Assembly (NCBI GenBank): GCA_951406725.2
Contig: OX597818.1
Location: 108,376,001 to 108,440,000, forward strand
DNA length: 64,000 bases
From: Octopus vulgaris
Taxonomy: Eukaryota
Reading direction: 5' to 3'
Below the pieces are notes generated by a model that worked only from the letters and a program-made list of their open reading frames with translations, was not told the DNA's origin and did not search any database. Shown here piece by piece: positions 12,881-25,358 of the stretch. The position numbers and the translations under genes are program-made. Numbering within the stretch: position 1 is the stretch's first letter; each line of letters starts with the position of its first letter.

Positions 12881-14642
12881 ATGGAAGTTGTATTTAGAAG
12901 CTCCATCAGTGTTGGGTGATTATTTCAAATACAGTTGGTTTCAGCTTATTATATTTCTTACATTATGAAGTTCAAGCCCCACTAGACTCAACTCTGACAT
13001 TCCTTGCCATGGCATCATTAAATTAAGCTACAGTAAAATATTAAATAAGATTCAATGGACTTCATCCCTTTCTTGCAAAATTGTAGAGTTGCCACTTTCC
13101 ATAATTACAGTAAATTAATATTTGTCACTCATTGAACTAATATCTCCTACTTTCCTACCTCACTATATTACTTATGACAGCACTAACTTGACTGCTATTT
13201 TTGGCGTCCCTGAGTATATATACTTTGTTGTTATACCTCAAGAGGTTGACTGGTCACTGATCTGACAAGTCTGAAGAATTCTGTTTTACTGGCAAGGTTT
13301 AATAAGAGGGGAACATGTCAATTATTGTGAAAATGAAATGAAAATAATATTCTTCATTAAGCTAATGTTTTTCCTTCCTACCACATAACTATTAATTTGT
13401 TAATTAGGTATTCCCCCACTAAATATAGGGGGGTGTGTGTCTAATAGCTAACTTGGCTCTCAGAAAGAAAAAGGTTTATAGAACTACAACTAATTGAAGA
13501 GCAATGAAGTCATTTGATGTTGAGTGATGTATTTCTCACTGTTTGGTAGGCTGTGGAGAGTTAAAGTTCTTGACCAAGGACAGATTTAGTAATGTGAATA
13601 TATATATATCAAAAATAAACAAACAAACAGAGAACTGGAATGTTTATCGTTTGTCTGTTTCCATAATGGATTACATCTTAATGGTGGAAATAACAGGAAA
13701 TATCAGTGTGGGGGAGAGAGAAATACTAATCCTTAGCTGGGAAGGAAAAACAAGGAAAGAGAAAGGGGAGGAGGAGGAGGAAGCAAGAGAAAGAAAGAAA
13801 GAAAGAGAGAGAGAGACTTGTCGATATCTCAGACAAACAGGAAATAAATAAAACAAACTGGCCAAAATTCTAATGATGGAACCATCTTCTTATCTTTGGA
13901 TATTTCTTTTGTTGCCAAAAATCAAAAGACACAGATTTTCCTTCTGACCCAAACTCACCATTTAGAACACACGCGCACACACACGCACACACACACACAC
14001 ATACACACACATACACACACATATATCATCATCATCATTTAATGCTCGCCTTCCATGTTGGTGTGGGTTGGATGGTTTGACAGGAACTGGCCAGGCAAGA
14101 GCCTGCACCATATCTGTATATGCATGTCCCTTTATACACACACACACACACACACATGCATGCACACACATATCATCATCATTGTTTAACGTCTGCTTTC
14201 CATGCTGGCATGGGTTGGACGGTTTGACTGAAGGTTAGCAAGCCAGGAGACAACACCAGGCTCCTGTCTGATCTAGCAAGGTTTCTACAGCTGGATACAG
14301 TGGGTGCTTTTACGTGCCATGGGCATGGGAGCCAGTCAGGCAGCACTGGCATCAGTCATGCTCAAATGGTGCTTTTGATTTAAACATATATATACCTGTG
14401 TGTGTGTGTGTGTGTGTGTGTGCATGCGCACTTATATCAAATGGTGAGAGGGAGTACTCAATACAGCATTTGTGGATAAATATTCTTTATTTGTGGGTGA
14501 ACAAGGCTGCTGATAGTTTCATGCTGAGAGATTTTCACAATTGTTTAAGAAAGCCACAAGGAAGTGTTGGTACTCATCTCCATTTTGGATGTGGATACTT
14601 ATGCAAATAAATAAAGAAATAAATGTGTGTGTGTGTGTGTGA

Positions 14643-14688
<46 letters not shown>

Positions 14689-14790
14689 GCACATATATAT
14701 ATATACACATGTATATACACTCACACGTATATATGCATATATATATATATATACACACACACGCATATATATATATATATACATACATAC

Positions 14791-15175
14791 ACAAGAGTTA
14801 AGGAATGGAATAGATAAGGTCTGGGCTACGTATGTTTCATAGAGTGCGGAACCTCAGAAGTGGCAAATATCCAAGCAAGGTGTGTACCGCAGGCTACTCT
14901 TCAGGCTGAGGATATCTTGTTTAAATGAAAGGTTACGTTGTCACAAGGAAGTACATGTTAACATATGTAAGATTCAATCAGAATTCTAATTGAATCTTCC
15001 ATGTGTTAACCTGTACCTACTTGCCACAATGTAACCTTTAATTTAAACAAGATACCTTTAGCTTGAAGAGTGATCTGGGGTATATACCTCTCTTGGATAT
15101 TGCCACTTCCAACGTTCCACTTGCTATGAAACATATGTTGTCCAGATCTTATCTACACCATTCTGTAACTCTTGT
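14791..15175. repeat. About 385-bp imperfect palindrome (foldback), probably Penelope-derived
   Basis: acaagagtta at 14791 pairs with taactcttgt at 15166-15175; centre aagattcaat-c-agaattct-a-attgaatctt. Confidence 0.85.
14825..14907 (-). ncRNA. Hammerhead ribozyme-like motif with long stem II
   Basis: Reverse complement: CTGAAGA-GTAG.TGCGG...CCGCA.CTAT-GAAA-C-ATAC-G-T-A. Stem I is only about 2 bp. Confidence 0.5.
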
Positions 15176-15292
15176 ATCCTTATTCACATGCCTGATAACC
15201 CTGGTTGCCTACCATGAAATATAATGAACATTTTCCAATTTATCGTACTTTGATCAGAAAAATATAAATTGAAAGATTGATCATATAAATGT

Positions 15293-15334
<42 letters not shown>

Positions 15335-15533
15335 CATGTACAATAATCCCTCAACTATCGCGGGTCATTTTCCTATGTGATTGTAATGACCGTAGTCGGT
15401 GAGTGGGTGGGGGTAGATGAACACCATCGTTGCTCTTGTTTAACCCTAGGTCGGCTGATCCAGCAGACCAACAATCAACGACATAGACTTTGACCAAACA
15501 GACTTTGTATCTCCAGGAATATGTTCCCTAATG

Positions 15534-15926
15534 CAGGGCTTCTCAACCAATTTTCTCCTAACAACTCCTTTGACTCCTATTTTAGCCAGGTGGACGCCAA
15601 TAGCCATTCGAGGTTTTTAAAAAATCCTTTTATATTTTGATAATTAAACATTATTAGAAATTCCTTTATTCTTTTATTTGTTTCAGTCATCTGATTGTGG
15701 CCATACTTGAGCACCACCTTAAGGGGTTTTAGTCGAATAAATCAACCCCAGGACTTCTTTGTAATCCTAGTACTTATTCTATCACTCTCTTTCGCCACAC
15801 TGCTAAGTTATGGGGACATAAACACACTAACATCGATTGTCAAATGATAGTGGAAGGACAAACACAGAAACATAAGTACATACATATATATACAGATATA
15901 CATATGTGTGTGTGCGCGCGCGTGTG

Positions 15927-15978
<52 letters not shown>

Positions 15979-16277
15979 TATATGTATGTACATATGCATT
16001 GGGCTTCTTCCAGTTTCCATTCAGCAAATTCACTCATGAGGCTTTGGTTCACCTGAAGCTATAGTAGAAGACACTTGCCTAAGATGCCATGCAGTGGGAC
16101 TGAACCCAGAACCATGAGGTTGGGAAGCAAGCTTCTCACCACACAGCCACACCTGTGCCTAGAAAAAGTTGTTCAAATATTTTGTAGAACTGCAACCAAT
16201 TTATTGCACATGAGTTCTCACAACAAGATCTTCAGTGCAGTCCCAGGGGCCATACCGACCATGATTGATAACCACTG
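15534..16277. mobile_element. hAT/Charlie-like MITE interrupted by a SINE
   Basis: Ends CAGGGCTTCTCAACC and GATTGATAACCACTG resemble CAGTGGTTCTCAACC-type TIRs; TSD degenerate. Confidence 0.6.
15662..16160 (-). mobile_element. SINE family A
   Basis: Full head-to-tail reverse-complement match to other family-A copies. Confidence 0.8.
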
Positions 16278-16412
16278 GTCTAAGGTGCCCTTTTTTCTAA
16301 GGCAATAAAGTGTGAAGGGAGGGACATGCAGCTACTCTTTCAAGCTGGTGAAACAACCATATAATATCTTGCCATATTGGCAGTAATGGCCATGGTAGGA
16401 TTGGGGGTGTCT

Positions 16413-16601
16413 GATAGTAGTAGTAGTAGTAATATTAGTAGTAGTAGTAGCAGTAGTAGATGCAGCAGCAGCAGCAAAGGTAGTGTTGCCAGCCCTGCTG
16501 ATGCAAGGCAAATTGTTTGATATTAGAAACAGCAGCAGATTAAGTAACCGAGATGGTGTGGTAGTAGGATAGTAGCAGTTTTCATGGTGGTGGCAGCAGC
16601 A

Positions 16602-16669
<68 letters not shown>

Positions 16670-16746
16670 TAGTAGTAGTAGTAGTGAAGCAGCAGCAGTA
16701 GTAGTAGTAGTAGTGAATCAGTAGTAGTAGTAGTAGTAGTAGTAGT

Positions 16747-16777
<31 letters not shown>

Positions 16778-16778
16778 C

Positions 16779-16819
<41 letters not shown>

Positions 16820-17130
16820 CAGCAGTAGTAGTAGCAGCAGTAGTAGTAGAAGTAGTAGTTGTAGTAGTAGTAGTAGCAGCAGTAGTAGTAGAAGTAGTAG
16901 TTGTAGTAGTAGAAGTAGTAGCAGCAGTAGTAGTAGTTGTAGTAGTAGAAGTAGTAGTAGTAGTGGGGGGGTGATGGTAGTTGTAGTAGTAGTTGTAGTG
17001 GCGATGGTAGTAGTAGTAGTAGTAGTAGTAACAGTGGAGGTGAAGGTGATGTTGAAAGAGATAGTTATGATGATGATGATGATGAACATTGACGGTGGTG
17101 GTGGAGGTGTCGGTGGTGGTGGAGGTGGCA
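16413..17130. repeat. Long (TAG)n/(CAG)n microsatellite grading into (GAT)n and (GGT)n
   Basis: Directly visible; source of the poly-L, poly-T and poly-V ORFs. Confidence 0.95.
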
Positions 17131-17981
17131 GTGTCTCCTGTCTGAAGAGTTGTCTAAATATTTACCGTGTATCATCAGTGCTGCTGCTTTTCCATTCTCT
17201 TTTAAGACATTTGCTGTTAAGTTTGTTGGTTTGCGATGGGAGGAGGAGGAGGGAGAGTGGTTGGCCCGACAATAATAAATAGACAGACGGATGGACATGG
17301 AGAGATAAAGACAGGCAGACAGACGGACGGAGGAGGAGGCGCGAACAGAAGGAAATCTACACAGAGAGACAAACAGACAGACAAACAAAGATGTACATTT
17401 ATTTTACACACATACACGTGTGTGTGTGTGTATGTGTATGTGTTTATGCGGGTACATATATGCATGAGTGTGTGTGTGCAAAATAAACATATAATAGTGT
17501 TTGTATATCTCTTTATCTAGCTCTCTCTTATTGTGTAGGTTACACACACACACACACACATATACATACATACATACATACACATACATACACTCACATG
17601 CACTCACTCACACATGAACACACACATACATACATACACTCACATGCACACACTCACACATGTACACACACATACATGCATACATTCACACACATGTACA
17701 TACACACACACACATATATGTACATACACCTATGTGCATGTATGTATATACATATGCATATATATATGTATCCATATATGTACATACACGCGCATACACC
17801 CACACACATACATACACCCACACCTACATACACACACACACACACGCAAACACACATATATTTAGATATATATGGTATATAATGAAAATACTTTCCAAAT
17901 ACATCAGTGATGCATTTCATCACAAAGTCAATGGAAGATGCTAAATAGACCTAACGTGAAAGCAGAACAATTATACACACG

Positions 17982-18035
<54 letters not shown>

Positions 18036-18252
18036 AACACACACTGCTGGTGGTGGGGTAGTTTCCATGACATAAATCAAGATATTATGATACAAACATC
18101 AAGACATTTAAAGTATAGAGTGAAGAAATATTTAAAGAAAAGCAGCTGTAGCTGGCTCTTAACATTCTAATACAAATGATAGGCAAAAGAATACATGAGG
18201 AAAATCTATATACATACATACATATGTGTATATATATATATGTATGTATATA

Positions 18253-18691
18253 TCATCATCATCATTTAACATCCGCTTTCCATGTTGGCATGGGTTGGAC
18301 GATTTGACTGAGGAGACTGGTGAACCAGATGGCTGCACCAGGCTCCAATCTGATCTAGCAACGTTTCTACAGCTGGATGCCCTTCCTAACACCAACCACT
18401 CCGAGAGTGTAGTGGGTGCTTTTTACATGCCACCAGCACGAGGGCCAGTCAGGCGGTACTGGCAACGTCCATGCTCAAATGGTGTTTTTTTATGTGCCAC
18501 CTGCACAGGGGCCAGTCTAGCAGCACTGGCAACGACCTTACTCGAATGTTGTTTTTCACATACCACCAGCAAAAGTGCCAGTAAGGCGACGCTGGAAATG
18601 ATCACGCTCGTATGGTGCGTTTCATGTGCCGCCGGCACGGAAGCCAGTTGGCCGCTCTGGCAATGATCACACTCGGATGGTGCTCATAGCA

Positions 18692-18695
<4 letters not shown>
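18253..18695 (-). mobile_element. Family C RTE-tail repeat, long form
   Basis: Reverse-complement homolog of 10545-10965. Confidence 0.8.
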
Positions 18696-18738
<43 letters not shown>

Positions 18739-18757
18739 TACATATATAGATATATAG

Positions 18758-18806
<49 letters not shown>

Positions 18807-18808
<2 letters not shown>

Positions 18809-19069
18809 AATTATTACATTATATAAAAGGGCTTAGTAAAATAAATTACTTTGCCACATACTGAACTCATTAGAAATAGTAGCTAAAAAAACTTTTTTAG
18901 AACTATTTCTAATACTTAAAGAAAATCTCTCTCAAACACTATTTGAGAGAGATTTTCTTTAAGTATTAGAAATAGTTCTAAAAAGTTTTTTAGCTACTAT
19001 TTCTAATGAGTTCAGTATGTGGCAATGTAATTTATTTTACTAAGCCCTTTTATATAATGTAATAATTTG
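18807..19069. repeat. Near-perfect palindrome with about 130-bp arms
   Basis: caaattattacattatataaaagggc...tctctctcaaa-cacta-tttgagagaga...aatgtaataatttg. Confidence 0.95.
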
Positions 19070-19514
19070 AATTCGCCTTAAATGGTCCCTTTACATACTG
19101 AATACTTGGTGAAATTGATTAATAATTAATTAATTTTACCCTCAATTGTTGAAATTATTATATATATATATATATATATAGGATGTAGGTAGATTTATTT
19201 CTGTGTGATAGAAGCATATAAAATTTGCTTACTTCATCAGCAGGAAATCACTAATGAGAAATTTTCTATGGTTAAATTGATTTATATACATGTGACTGAC
19301 ATAAATTGGAAAATATATGGCAACCAAATTGTCAGTAAGCATCAGACCAATAATAATTTGGAGGGTATGAATTACGTCCCCACTTTTAAACAAAATTCTA
19401 AATTACAGATGAGTAAATATTCATAAAAATATATTGAGACAATGTTTCAGGACAACATCCATGATTTACCTTCACTGGACCTAATGTAAGGCTAGTGAAA
19501 TGATATTGTTTGTA

Positions 19515-19842
19515 TCGTGTCGGTGGCACGTAAAAAGCACCATCCGAATCGTGGCCAAAGCCAGTGCCGCCTCGACTGGCTTCCATGCAGGTGGCGCGTA
19601 AAATGCACCAATCCGACCATGGCCGATGCCAGCCTCGCCTGGCTCCAGTGCAGGTGGCACGTAAAAAGCACCCACTACACTCACAGAGTGGTTAGCGTTA
19701 GGAAGGGCATCCAGCTGTAGAAACATTGCCAGATAAGACCGGAGCCTGGTGCAGCCTTCTGGCTTCCCAGATCCCCGGTCGAACCATCCAACCCATGCTA
19801 GCATGGAGAACGGATGTTAAACGATGATGATGATGATGATGA
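19515..19842 (+). mobile_element. Family C RTE-tail repeat; an opposite-orientation copy lies at 20090-20295
   Basis: Three gtggc.cgtaaaa modules, core, (GAT)n tail. Confidence 0.8.
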
Positions 19843-20086
19843 TTAAGAGAACACATGATTGTTTGTGACTGTTGTGAGTGATATGACCAATTAGACATCC
19901 ACAATCACGTGGTAGGGAAGAGAAATTTATACACACACATTCATCCATTTGTTTTCTTTGACTGGTGGCCCCTTTTTTCTTTTTATTCGTGAGTTGGGTT
20001 TCCTTGCAGCCTTAGCAGTGCTGCAATGTATGGAACTGGAAATGTCTTGCCTCTCATGGTGAATGGCCTCTCAGTGAGGAATTCAA

Positions 20087-20117
<31 letters not shown>

Positions 20118-20609
20118 GTTTAACATCCGTTTTCCACGCTAGCATGGGTTGGACGGTTCGACCGGGGTCTGAGAAGCCAGGGGCTGCACCAGGCTCCAGT
20201 CTGATCTGGCAGAATTTCTACAGCTGGATGCCCTTCCCAACGCCAACCACTCCGCGAGTGTAGTGGGTGCTTTTTACGTGCCACCTTTTTACGTGCACCT
20301 TGGGCAAGTCTCTTCTACTATAACCTCATGTCGACCTACGTCTTGCAAGTGGATTTGGTAGATGGAAACCGAAAGAAGCCCATCGTATATATATGTGTGT
20401 TTATATATATACATATTTAGGTGTGTGTGTGTGTGTCATTTGACTAAAAGTTTGTTGAGGCAGTGCTCCAGAAAGAAATCCTACATTTTCCAGGGAAAGA
20501 AGGGAATCATTGGCAAGCATCAGGGCAAGAACAGGGAGGAAATGAAGAGCAGAGAAGGCAATGCAGAGGAGTGCCTAACGTGTGTGTGTGTGTGTGTGTG
20601 TGTCTGTAA

Positions 20610-20642
<33 letters not shown>

Positions 20643-20975
20643 TGATGGAAACACAAGTAACAGAAATAAATCAAGCTGTATACATCAGACTAAAATACAT
20701 TCGTTTCTAATTTCTGAGTCTGGATGGAGATATGTCTCAGTGAGATGATGGTCGCATATAAATTAATACATTCATTTGCTTCATCAACAGGAAATCACTA
20801 AAGAGAAATTTGCTACAAGAAAATTGATTTATATACACAGCGGGCGGGGGGGGGGGGATGCTGACGTAAATCAGAAAACGTATGGCCAAGAAATGTGTTT
20901 TATTTTCATATGTTCGTCTTGATTTACTTTTTCTCTCATCTCATTTACACTACATGTTTCTCTGCATGTTGAAAC

Positions 20976-21009
<34 letters not shown>

Positions 21010-21035
21010 ATATGTATGTATGTGAATATATATAT

Positions 21036-21080
<45 letters not shown>

Positions 21081-21116
21081 TATATATATGTATACATACA
21101 TGCATATATATATATC

Positions 21117-21545
21117 CATGGCTGTGTGGTAAGAAACTTGCTTCCCAGCCACATGGTTCTGGGTTCATTCCCACTGTGTGGCACCTTGGGCAAGTGTCTT
21201 CTACTATAACTTCATGCCGACCTACGTCTTGTGAGTGGATTTGGTAGATGGAAACTGAAAGAAGCCCATCGTATATATGTGTTTTTATATATATACATAT
21301 TTAGGTGTGTAATGTGTGTTTCTGTCTGTATTTGTTTCCCACCACCATTTGTCAAGTGTTGGTGTGTTTACATCCTCATAACTTAGCAATTCAGCAAAGG
21401 AGAATGATTGTGAAAGTACCAGGCTTAAAAGAGAAAAACAATGAGTACTAGAGTTGATTCATTTGACTAAAAGTTTGTTGAGGTGGTGCTCCAGCATGGC
21501 CACAGTCAGCCTAATTACTGTAACAGATAAAAGATAAAAGATATA
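21117..21545 (+). mobile_element. SINE family A
   Basis: Head tggctgtgtggtaagaa...gggttcattccc, core and tail present. Confidence 0.8.
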
Positions 21546-21787
21546 TAAATATAAAAGTGATTTTGGAAGGATGTATTATCCAGGCGGATACTGTGTTGGC
21601 TCTCAGTTGAGTTCCAGTTAACGGCTAACCCCACAATGGTTCCAATACATTTACAACAGTGAGTAATCACAGCAGTGGAAACACGTGTAGGTCATTATAA
21701 TTTGCTGAATATAACTATAAAATTAATGTTGTGGATGTACAAGTCTCCGTACTCTTTATTATTATAAATATTTTGTGTGTGCATATA

Positions 21788-21891
<104 letters not shown>

Positions 21892-22003
21892 TATGGATCA
21901 AAACAGTTTGATTCAAATTCATTGGTACTCTTGTGTTTCAAGAGTGATGCTAGTCATCAGCCATTTTGAATTATTGAGTGCCTTTCTTTCGTTTGTCCAC
22001 TCA

Positions 22004-22059
<56 letters not shown>

Positions 22060-22759
22060 CAAATGTAGACAGACATGGTGGAAAGGAAGGGAGAGAAAGA
22101 GACACTGACGCATGTGCAGAAGCAGACATGGCTGTGAGGTTAAGAAGTTCACTTGACAATCACCTGATTTCTTTGGTTACCATAGGCAAATGTTCTGTTG
22201 TAGCTCTGAACTGACAGAAACTGTGCTGAAGCCTGTTGCTTGTGTGTGTGTGTCTGTGTGTGTGTGTGTGTGTACGTGCACATGCCTGTGTTTGATTCTC
22301 GCCCACTTGACAACAGCTGTAGGTTTGTTTACATCCCCACAACTTAAAGGTTCGGTGAAAGAGAAACATATAAAGAAACATCAGACTTAACATTCGTACC
22401 TGAATTGACTGACCAGAAAACTCTTGAAAGCGATGCTCCAGTATGGCCGCAGTTTAATGAATGAAACAAATAAAAGACTACATTTATAGAACAGTTTGTC
22501 AATATTATTTCATATGTGATCATAACAACTAATGTTTGTTTCTCTTGATAATTCCATGACTGGCTTAACCTTCACTCGGCTTCTTCAACACATTGTCAAC
22601 TTCCAGCTTCAATGTCTTTTGACTCCACTTCTTTCAGACTTCTATAAATGTTATTTTCTTAAGCTATCATCCATTTTTATTCCACATCCAGCAGAGCATT
22701 TTCAATTTATTTCTCTCCAAATTTTGCACATCTTTTGCATCTAATGCCCATGTCTCACA

Positions 22760-23170
22760 CATGCGTAGAAGTGGCTGTGTGGTAAGTAGTTTGCTTACCA
22801 ACCACATGGTTCCAGGTTCAGTCCCACTGCGTGGCACCTTAGGCAAGTGTCTTCTACTATAGCCTCGAGTCGACTAAAGCCTTGTGAGTGGATTTGGTAG
22901 GCAGAAACTGAAAGAAGCCTGCCGTATATATGTATATATATATATATATATGTGTGTGTGTATATGTTTGTGTGTCTGTGTTTGTCCCCCCAACATCACT
23001 TGACGACCGATGCTGGTGTGTTTACGTCCCCATAACTTAGTGGTTCAACAAAAGAGACCGATAGAATAAGTACTAGGCTTACAAAGAATAAGACCTGGGG
23101 TCAATTTGCTTGACTAAAAGCAGTGCTCCAGCATGGCCACAGTCAAATGACTGAAACAAGTAAAGAGTAT
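22760..23170 (+). mobile_element. SINE family A, well-preserved reference copy
   Basis: A-box tggctgtgtgg, B-box ggttcagtccc, CORE-like ccttaggcaagt, central microsatellite, tail gtgctccagcatggccacagtc. Confidence 0.85.
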
Positions 23171-23344
23171 ACAACAAAACATCTTTCATTCAAAGAGAGA
23201 ATCTTTTTGATGCTCACAGAAGCAATGGTTCCCTGAATGTTTCCCATCTTCTTCTTATTCTGGCGAATATACTTCCAGAACATTCTCTTTTACTGCTAAG
23301 TATGTAGTCTATGGAACCAATCAAGCACTGAAATTAATCTATTA

Positions 23345-23715
23345 ATTCCACCAAGGTTGAATTTGCCTTTCATCCTTTTGGGGGGTCAATAAATTAAGTA
23401 CCAGCTGCGTGTTGGGGTTGATCTAATTGACTGACCCCTCCTCCCCCAAAATTTCGGGCCTTCTGCTTAGAGTAGAAAAGAATGTTTTGCATGATAAATG
23501 CAGCAAGCTGGCAGAAATGTTAGCACACTTGGCAAAAGGCTTAGCAGTATTTCGTCAATCTATACATTCTGAGTTCAAATTCCACCAAGACCGACTCTGC
23601 CTTTCATCCTTTTGGGAGCCAATAAATTAAGTACCAGTTGTGTATTGGAGTCGATCTAATCGACTGGCCCCTCCCCCAAAAATTTTGGACCTTGTGCCTA
23701 GAGTAGAAAAGAATG
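23345..23715 (+). mobile_element. Two adjacent family-B SINEs (alternative tail variant)
   Basis: Both carry gcctttcatccttttggg...aataaattaagtaccag and end in agagtagaaaagaat; same variant at 30345-30555. Confidence 0.8.
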
Positions 23716-24059
23716 TAATTGACTCACCCCTCCCCAAAATTGCTGGCTTTGTGCCAAAAATTGAAGCCAATATTTCTGACTTTTAACTACTCCCCTACAT
23801 ATCTCCATATATACAATTTTTTTTACCCCATCCACTACCTGTGCCCCCCTTATGTCTCCATAGTTCACACTGGATTCACCATACTGAGTTCTACTTAGAT
23901 CTTTTCTGCATATCATTTATGGCAGCAGAGTCCTTGCCTTCACACAAAAATTTTAGTCTCCATCAAGTTTACTCTGATGCCTATTGCATCCAGGTTTTAT
24001 TCCCACCTCAAGAATTTCTTACTTAAGTTTCCTACAAAACCTTGTTCTAAGAATACATC

Positions 24060-24600
24060 AAACTGGCACTCTGTCAGCTACTATGACAAACATTCTGGTT
24101 GACCCGGTCAACGGAACATGCTCATAAAATGTGCAAGTGATAGAACACTTCCATAAACACATGTACCCTTAACCCATTAAGTCCCCTTGTCCTATAAGTA
24201 GGACACTAAATGAGAACATTAAATAAGCTATATCACATTGTCTCAGTGTTCTATTTATATGACACCCAGTAGTTCCATTTTTACTTGAAGTAAAGGAGTT
24301 TAGATAATTATTTTTTTCACTTTAACTTATTTTCAGTCATCTGTAAAAATTAAAAAGTAATATTCAGAAATTTAAGTACTCTGGGACTTAATGGGTTAAT
24401 GCTGTTCTCAAAGATGTTCAATTTGATACAGAATGTAACAAGACTGACCCCACAGGTACAACACATTCCAGCCAGGTGAGTGGACTGGAATAATGCAAAC
24501 TAAAGTGTTTTGCTCAAGGTCAGAACATGCCACCAGAAATCGAACTCCTGACCTTACAGTCATTAGTCCCTCTATGGCTGACCACTTTGCCACATGCCTT
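24060..24600 (-). mobile_element. tRNA-derived SINE family E, split by a MITE
   Basis: Reverse-complement head tggtcagcc...gagttcgatttc and ccttgagcaaaacact; homologous to 63175-63505. Confidence 0.7.
24173..24395. mobile_element. piggyBac-type MITE (223 bp)
   Basis: TTAA|CCCATTAAGTCCC ... GGGACTTAATGGG|TTAA: perfect 13-bp TIRs with a TTAA target duplication. Confidence 0.9.
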
Positions 24601-24657
24601 CACAGCAGCACATACAAGTTCCAACAGACAGGAAGACTTAAAGAAATCTATGATGGA

Positions 24658-24720
24658 ATTGAGAAGTATAATCATTAAGAGAATATTGAGAAGTATAATC
24701 GTTAAGAGAATATTGAGAAG
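24658..24720. repeat. 27-bp tandem repeat, about 2.3 copies
   Basis: Unit attgagaagtataatc(a/g)ttaagagaat starts at 24658, 24685 and 24712. Confidence 0.9.
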
Positions 24721-25323
24721 AACAGGGCCACATGTGAACCTGGAAGCTAAATTCCTCACTGAGATCATTACTGATGCTCACTTTTCTCATTGTATCTTTG
24801 TACATATCTCAAATCTCAGATAAACAAATATCATGCAGAGTAGCTTATTCTTAGCAGATTCTTTTGCAGATTGGCAAAATATGCAAGGGACCCTAATTTG
24901 GCACAAATTCCAACTGTGGCAAAGCTTATTCTCTTCTTCGTTACTCTAAAACTGAAATAGTTTTACCTACTCAGAAAAATTTGTACCAGTGTTTTCTGTC
25001 TGTGGGCGGTCTTTCTGAGGCTCCTCTTCATAATACCTTTTCCATACATTATACATCGATCTATCTTCAATCTATCATCCCTATAATCTCACCAGATCTA
25101 TATTTCACTGTATCTACATTCACAGCTGCAGCCCTGAATCATAGACACACGTGCTTACGTCTAAACAGCAAATGGATATCTCATACATACACTCACACAC
25201 ATACAATCGGGCGCAGAGTTATCTCTCCAAGTGCAGTATGAAATTGCTTTCACTTCTTCACTACTAGTCATTCTTTTTTTCTTTTTTCTAATTATATCTT
25301 GTTTACACACTTCCTCTGTCTAA

Positions 25324-25358
25324 TTTCTGAAGAAGAGCTAATGTTCGAAATGTCAAAG
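25324..25358 (+). ncRNA. Degenerate minimal hammerhead motif in a Penelope-like terminus
   Basis: ttt-CTGAAGA-A-GAGC-taat-GTTC-GAAA-TGT-C-aaag. Confidence 0.5.

Noticed and set aside
16718-17282. Poly-Leu and poly-Val ORFs resembling membrane proteins
   Set aside because: Artefacts of (TAG)n; the same applies to poly-Met, poly-Asp and poly-Ile ORFs at 29713-30124.
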